From NCBI RefSeq assembly GCF_009914755.1, contig NC_060945.1: a stretch of 64,000 nucleotides of DNA. One strand, given 5' to 3'. Below, piece after piece: positions 56,695-64,000 of this stretch; within the stretch, counting starts at the first letter, position 1; each line of letters opens with the position of its first letter. The stretch comes from the human T2T-CHM13v2.0 reference genome, Homo sapiens. The translations under genes were made by a program, and so were the position numbers. The notes under the pieces were generated by a model that was not told the DNA's origin, searched no databases, and saw only the letters and a program-made list of their open reading frames with translations.

Positions 56695-56905
56695 CTCCTT
56701 CCTCTTCCCCTCCTCCTCTTCCTTCTGCTCAGGGCTCCTTATTTTTCTCCTCCTGCCTTCCTCTCTCCATGTCCTCCTCCTCCTCCTTCCTCCTAGTCAT
56801 TCTGCACCCCCACCTCCTCTCTTCCTCTTTCTTCTTCCTCTTTCTCCATCCCTTCCTCCTTCTCCTCCACCACCTTCTCTCTTATCATCATCATTATAAC
56901 CACCA
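56695..56905. repeat. CT-rich (TCC)n low-complexity tract followed by a MIR (56910-57120)
   Basis: Degenerate TCC/TTC repeats. Confidence 0.85.
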
Positions 56906-57511
56906 CGTAGGGCATGTCTATTCTGCCCCAGTGTTGTGCCAAGCACTTGACCTGCAATAGCTCATTAAGTCATACAGTCGGTATTATTAATATCATCCCC
57001 ATTTTACCACGAGGAAATGAACACTTGGAAACACTATGTGGACCACCTAAGTACTCACAGTTAGCAAAGGGCTGACATTTGACCCTAGAGTTTCCCAACT
57101 TAAAGCCAGTGCTCTTAACTCCTTGATGTCTACTTATCTGTAAGTGAATCATGCAGAAGAAAGCACATAGTTTTCTCCCTGGGCATAGGTTAGCTGTCCT
57201 CAGGCCTTGTGGGTTTTGCAAAATTCCAAGGTCAATATTAAGTGCTCTGGTATCATTTCATATGTATGTGGATTGAGTTGGCCTTACTTCTAAAATTACA
57301 GGCAATGTTCTGGTTCCCACGCTGAGCTGGTCATCCTTACTGCCAGCATTGTACTCAGCACTGCAGGTGCAGGGGGCCAGGCTCTGCATATTCTTGGAAG
57401 CCACTCCTCATGAAGCTGCTTAAGTGATGCCACTAGCCCCCAAGACCTTTGCTTGCCCTGAGGGCCCAAGATGTGCTTCATCTAGAGTAATTCTGATTTC
57501 TGGAAAAGAAT

Positions 57512-57555
57512 TGAGACCAGCCTGGGCAAAAGGGTGAAAGTTTGTCTCTACCAAA

Positions 57556-57595
<40 letters not shown>

Positions 57596-57630
57596 TAAAA
57601 GTTAGCCAGGCATGCTGGCACACACCTGAG
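57512..57630 (+). mobile_element. Alu middle fragment with A/(TA)n expansion
   Basis: gagaccagcctgggc...A-run-(TA)n...ttagccaggcatg. Confidence 0.75.
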
Positions 57631-57679
57631 GTTTTATGTCCATAAAACATAAATTATGGCTTTTAATTGGACACTATAA

Positions 57680-58036
<357 letters not shown>

Positions 58037-58346
58037 TTCTTTCTTTTTCTTTTCTTTTTGAGACAGGATCTCACTCTGTTGCCCAGGTTGGAGTACAGTG
58101 GTGCAATCATGGCACACTGCAGCCTCGACTTTCTGGGCTCAAGTGATCCTCCCACCCCAGCCTCCTGAGCAGCTGGAACCTCAGGTGTGTGTCCATATGC
58201 CTGGATAACTTTTATATATATTTTTTGTAGAGACACAGTTTTACCCTTTTGCCCAGGCTGGTCTCAAACTCCTGAGCTCAAATGATCCTCCGACCTTAGA
58301 CTCCCAAAGTGTTGGGATTACAGGCGTGAGCCACTACACCTGGCCG
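58037..58346 (-). mobile_element. Alu (AluJ)
   Basis: Reverse J-type dimer directly adjacent to the AluY. Confidence 0.9.
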
Positions 58347-58875
58347 GATTTTAATTTTTCTTATTGAAGTAACTTGTCATAGAATTTCCTGGTGGGAAGT
58401 CCCATCAAGACATGAAATAGACATAATGTAAAGACATTTATTGAAAAGCAAAAATTCCATTTCCCAAAGCCATGCTCTATGCATGATGGTTGGGAGGCTT
58501 TTAAATAGTGGGACTGAGATGAATTATTCTCCGATTTCTGACTGTCACAATGGTTTTAATCCAAGAATAAAACCAACACAAACAGCGTGGCTCTAAACCA
58601 AGAAACAAGTCCATTTTAAAGCAACTTCTGTAAGCTTGGAAAGCACCTGTTTTCTCTGGTGAGCTGTTAAAAATCCAAATAGTTGAGCAATTACAGATGG
58701 CTTTCCAAAGACCTGTTTTCCTATTTTTTTCTCTTCCAAAATGATTTTTTAAATATTTAACATTAACAAGTAACAGTATTGGCTCATATATTAGCATGCG
58801 GCTCAACTTTAAGTTTTATTTTCTCCCGAAGCTTTTGTGGTGAGGTGAAGAGGCAAACTGTGGAGGGTTAGCCTG

Positions 58876-58889
58876 GTAACCATGGCAAC
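58876..58889. promoter_or_regulatory. RFX X-box motif GTAACCATGGCAAC
   Basis: Exact fit to GTNRCC(N0-3)RGYAAC in unique sequence. Confidence 0.6.
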
Positions 58890-59426
58890 AGCATTGCCAT
58901 CCATGAAGTGGCTCTGAGAGCCCAAGGCCCTCAGGCTGGGAGGCTAATTCCTACAACAAAGCCTTTTCTGTGTTCAACTGGGTACAGGAAAGCCGCTGGT
59001 TGTGATGGTGGCTATGACAAACCTTCAGCCTGAAGACCCGGGAGGGAAAAATGTGAGTCTTACCCTTCACACATTAATTATTTTATGAATAGATGAATGC
59101 AATGTGCTAGCAAACCTGATGAATGTAATTCAGGCCTGCTCTCCTAAACCGTACCGTTGCTTCATTCGACATGCTCCTGCAGAAACACATTTAATGCTCG
59201 TGTGCAAATCATTTGAACATGGTCTTTAAATATTTCTCATTCTGTGACGGTACCAAAGCTGTCTCGAGCATCTAAAAGGGATTATGAAAGCCATCCTTTC
59301 TACAGAGTTTGTTTTAAAATAACCCAACTATTAGAATATTATACTTCCATTAGTTGCTGGCTTAGTAGGATTTCCCACTCAGGAATGAAGCGGGATTTAA
59401 AGTGGCTTCTCGTTCATGAGGCATGA

Positions 59427-60280
59427 TTTTTTTTCTTTTTTTTGTTTTATTATACTTTAAGTTTTAGGGTACATGTGCACAACATGCAGATTTGTTACAT
59501 GTGTATACATGTGCCATGTTGGTGTGCTGCACCCATTAACTCGTCCTTTACATTAGGTATATCTCCTAATGCTATCCCTCCCCACTCCCCCCACCCCACA
59601 ACAGGCCCTGGTATGTGATGTTCCCCTTCCTGTGTCCATGTGTTCTCATTATTCAATTCCCACCTATGAGAGAGAACATGTGGTGTTTGGCTTTTTGTCC
59701 TTGCGATAGTTTGCTGAGACTGATGGTTTCCAGCTTCATCCATGTCCCTACAAAGGACATGAACTCATCATTTTTTATGGCGGCATAGTATTCCATGGTG
59801 TATATGTGCCACATTTTCTTAATCTAGTCTATCATTGTTGGACATTTGGGTTGGTTCCAAGTCTTTGCTGTTGTGAATAGTGCCGCAATAAACATACGTG
59901 TGCATGTGTCTTTATAGCAGCATGATTTATAATCCTTTGGGTATATACCCAGTAATGGGATGGCTGGGTCAAATGGTATTTCTAGTTCTAGATCCCTGAG
60001 GAATCGCCACACTGACTTCCACAATGGTTGAACTAGTTTACAGTCCCACCAACAGTGTAAAAGCGTTCCTATTTCTCTACATCCTCTCCAGCACCTGTTG
60101 TTTCCTGACTTTTTAATGATCGCCATTCTAACTGGTGTGAGATGGTATCTCATTGTGGTTTTGATTTGCATTTCTCTAATGGCCAGTGATGATGAGCATT
60201 TTTTCATGTGTCTTTTGGCTGCTCTTTTGAGAAGTGTCTGTTCATATCCTTCGCCCACTTGTTGATGGGGTTGTTTGTCT
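59427..60280 (-). mobile_element. 5'-truncated young L1PA (L1PA3-5-like) 3' end
   Basis: ORF 59824-60258 is the L1 ORF2 C-terminus ([20 protein letters not shown]); L1PA 3'UTR and T tract. Confidence 0.93.
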
Positions 60281-60595
60281 TTCTAAACTTGTTTACTATG
60301 GTCACATTAGGAAGGGTATTTATTGCCAACTGAAAAATAACCAGTGTGTTATAAATTCAAGAGAAAATATGTTCCAAATTAACAAAATGGGACTAGAAGT
60401 ATTGAACCTGAAAAAAGGTATAATTTTGAATTCTAGAAAAAGAGAAGTGTTCGGTTTGGAAATTTTAGTGACAGTAAAAATGTGCCTGAATTCCAGTTCA
60501 TTTGATTTACAACAACATCTACATTGGATGTGACAGCGGTAGAATCCTAAGCTTTTCAATTAGATCTTGGTTTTCTTATTTTCCAGATATGTAAT

Positions 60596-60955
60596 TGATA
60601 TGGTTTGGCTCTGTGTCCCCACCCAAATCTCATCTTGAATTGTACTCCCATAAGTCCCACGTGTTGTGGGAGGGACCTGGTGGGAGATAATTGAATCATG
60701 GGGGTGGTTTGCCCCATAATGTTCTAGTGGTAGTGAATAAGTCTCACGAGAGCTGATGGTTTTATAAGGAGTTTCCGCTTTCACTTCTCTCTCATTCTCT
60801 CTTGCTGCTGCCATGTAAGATGTGCCTTTTGCCTTCCACCATGATTGTGAGCTCTCCCCAGCCACGTGGAACTGTGAGTCCATTAAACCTCTTTCTTTAG
60901 TAAATTGCTCAGTCTCGGTATGTCTTTATCAGCAGTGTGAAAACGGACTAATACA
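60596..60955 (+). mobile_element. THE1 solo LTR (THE1B-like)
   Basis: tgatatggtttgg...ggactaataca termini; perfect TSD gtaat. Confidence 0.93.
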
Positions 60956-61292
60956 GTAATTTTGGGTGAAGGATTCAACCTCTTTTTGGGTGATTCTTCA
61001 GTTCTAAAATTGAGATAAAAATAGTACCTTAGAATGTTGTGAGAATTGAATGAGAAAATTTATGCAATGTACTTAGCACTGTGACCAGTCAGGGTTCAAC
61101 ACTGTTGTATATTCCTAGGTCTACCTTTGATGGCTCAACTATGGCTAAGCCAATCAGGCCATGCACGTATTTTTTGGAAAGAATTACTACAGTATAGAAT
61201 GTGGTGATGGAACTGTACTGTGAGAGTTAGCCTAACTCTTGACTTGTGCTTGAAGTTCCTCAAGATGTTGGTTTCAACTTCTGGACTGTAGC

Positions 61293-61880
61293 TGAAGCGG
61301 CTACGTTGTCTGGGGTACATACCCCGGGGTTCATTGTCGTGTGCCAGGAAAATTTAGGACATGGACATGCACGAGGAGTTTAGGAGCCAAAGTTTAACAG
61401 GCAGAAGAGAAGAGAAAGAGAAACAGCTCTCTCCATAGAGAAAGGGGTCTCCAAGCTCAAAGGACCGGCTGTTGGTGAATGCACCAGGTTTTATAGTCCA
61501 CTTTGAGGAGGTGGTGTCTGATTTATATAAGGCTCACAGATTGGTTCAGTGCAATCAGGTATGATGTTTACATAGCACACAGGGAAGGCTGGTTGCCCCA
61601 CCCTCATCTTATTATGCAAATGAGCTTTCCAGGTGATGGACGCCATCTTGTCTGCTCCTTACATTACATGTGGCTGACAAAGACAAGGGAAGATGGAGCC
61701 GCCATCTTAAACATGATTGGCACTACTGCAGGTATCTATGTCTGCAGCTCGATTTTACAGGCTGCTCTTGGTTAGAAAGGAAAGTAATTCAGGGCTGCTT
61801 TTCATTAAAAAGAAAAGCCTTACCAAGGACTCCCATACCCTTGCTATCTGCTTAAGTGGTTTCTTCTTAACTCCTATTAT
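61293..61880 (-). mobile_element. ERV1 solo LTR (LTR9/MER61-like)
   Basis: End ccttaccaaggactcccatacccttgctatctgcttaagtggtttcttcttaactcct resembles the reverse complement of the recalled LTR start. Confidence 0.6.
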
Positions 61881-62389
61881 TGTAATGGTCACTATAGGAC
61901 TCACTGTGGGTGGGATTGGCCAGCCATCCTGCTTTGTATAGAGCCTCCTACTCTGGGTATGGACAGGTATGCTTTTTCCTACAGCTGAGGATTAGGAATG
62001 CATGTGGAGGCGCGGTACCCTGGCCGTCCTTGCTGGAGGTGAGCAGTGTTCCTTAGCAGCTGCATGCCTGGGGGTCTGGATAGGGAAAAGGAAACGGCAA
62101 GGAGAATCAGCCACAGGCAAAGAATTTCTTCCCCACCTGGGCCCTGTAGCCTCTGGGATTCTCTGCCAGCAGGGCACCCTGTGGTTCCTCAAGTCAAGAA
62201 TGAAAACAGTTGAAGGTCTCACTGCATGTTCTAGTGATGGCTTGTCTTTTGTTTCCTAAAGTCACGAGGGTGAGACTGGCCAGGGGCTTGTGTGGTTTTA
62301 TGCCTCAGGCTCCAGTGCACAGGAGAAAGGGCAGGGTTCACCTCCCAGCTCTTCTGCTTAATGGCTGCATTACCTTGAGCAAGACTTAG

Positions 62390-62807
62390 TGATATGGTTT
62401 GAGTCTGTGGCCCTGCCCAAACCTCATGTCAAATTGTAATCCCCAATGTTGGAGGTGGGGCCTGGTGGGAGGTGATTGGATCGCAGGGGCGGTCACTCAT
62501 GAAGGGTTTAGCACCATCCCCCTAGCGCTGTTCTTGGGATAGAGTTCTCCTGAGATCTGGTTGTTTTAAAGTGTGTGGCACCTGCCCCCTTGCTCTCTCT
62601 TCCTCCTGCTCTGGCCATGTAAGAAGTGCCGGCTTCCCCCTTGCCTTCCACCATGATTGTAAGTTTCCTGAGGCCTCCCTAGAAGCTGAGCAGATGCAGC
62701 CATGCTTCCTGTACGCTGCAGAATAGTGAGCCAATAAAACCTCCTTTATTTATCAATTACCTAATCTCAGGTGTTCCTTTATAGCAGTGTGAAAATGGAC
62801 TAATACA
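62390..62807 (+). mobile_element. MSTA/MSTB solo LTR
   Basis: tgatatggtttg...tgtaatccccaatgttggagg...ggactaataca. Confidence 0.9.
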
Positions 62808-63857
62808 GTTGGTGTCATCAAGAGAGCTGTGGAGAATATTAGTACTGAATCCACAGGGGTGATATGAGGATTCTACAAAGACACACCCGAAGTGCCTCGC
62901 ACAGCCTAGGGTGCCTAGAAAGTCTTCAGTTCATACCGGGCATAAGTGGTTCCTAGTGGGATTTGGGGGCCTCTAATTGCCTTAAGGCAAGTGCTGCCCC
63001 TCCATCCCCTACTCCTGCCTGTAGCTCTGAATTACATGAGTTCCCTGTGGGCTGGCAGAGTTAGAGCTGTGAGATTCTAGGCTGTAGACATCATGTCCCC
63101 CATCCTAAGGGCCACATCAATTGAAGAATCGCCCTGGGCAACATGCTTGGGGAAAACAACCGGCTGTATTGAGGGTCGTTAGGTTCCTGATGACTTCAGA
63201 GGTCCCAGTGATAGGACCATGGCACCTCTACACAGCTGGCTGGGGCTAGAGAGGCATTTGCCAATTCACTCTGTCTCTGTCTCTCTTTTCTTGCTCTTCT
63301 CTGTGTCTCTGACTCTCTCTCTCAGTCATGCAGCAACAAAAGCTACAGGGCAGGGGCAAGTCACACCACACTCAGAAAACACCGATTAACCGTAGACATG
63401 TGTAATGACAAGCCAAACAAGGTTAGGAGCTTTGTTGAAGGGGTGAAAACCCCAAAGTGTGGGCATGGACTATATTGGGATATCAATCAACAGGGACTTA
63501 AGGAGCAAAACCTGCACGTTTGCATCAAATGCCCCCTGACCTACCAGGTAAGGCCTCCCCACCCCAAACCCCTTTAATGTCAGCATCATCTTTTTAAAAA
63601 GTTATAAATGTAATACATGTTCACGGTAAAAAAAAAAAAAATCTAAATGGCACAAAAAATAAAAATCTCCTTTCTCCTCTCATTTTTTCCCCAGTCTTTA
63701 GAAGTAATCATTTAACACACCATGTGCATTTGCTAGATAATCGCCAGAGTTTTCTTTATCTTGTATTATTCTTTTGGATTGACTGTTTGCTTTAGGTGAT
63801 AAAGTGTTTCTATGATGGTTCAAATAAGGTTCCTGTCTCCAGGTTGTTTAATCCAAC

Positions 63858-64000
63858 TGTATTAGTTTCCTAGGTGACAAACCACCATAAACTCGGTGAC
63901 TTAAAACAGCAAAAGTGTATTCTCTCACAATTCTGGAGGGCAGAAATCTGCCATTGAGGTATTGGCAAAGCTGCAACCCCACTGAAGGTTCTAGGGAGGA
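63858..64000 (-). mobile_element. MLT1 LTR fragment running off the window end
   Basis: tgtattagtttcctagg...tattctctcacaattctggagg. Confidence 0.75.

Overview
Primate genomic DNA, most likely human. Three short exons translate to the acidic C-terminus of SH3BGR as I recall it (GSEKAEEGG...EDEDS*), which places the window at chr21q22.2, between the 3' end of SH3BGR and the region upstream of B3GALT5. Positions 1-18.1 kb are SH3BGR introns and exons on the + strand: a 93-nt exon, a 30-nt micro-exon, the stop-containing exon and a purely non-coding last exon. At 28.2-32.5 kb lies a full-length, intronless, disabled retrocopy of JCAD (KIAA1462) interrupted by an Alu. Most of the rest is interspersed repeat: about 30 Alu copies or fragments, L1/L2/MIR, MaLR and ERV1 LTRs, a nearly complete THE1 element and MER44. 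The most unusual structures not explained by repeats are a 119-bp, ~91% identical non-Alu inverted repeat in the 3'UTR intron of SH3BGR (15001-15874) and a palindromic templated-insertion scar at 48.8-49.0 kb. Nearly all ORFs in the supplied track come from repeats or low-complexity DNA. Repeat subfamily names are from remembered consensus motifs and need RepeatMasker/Dfam confirmation. I found no clearly new multi-gene system.
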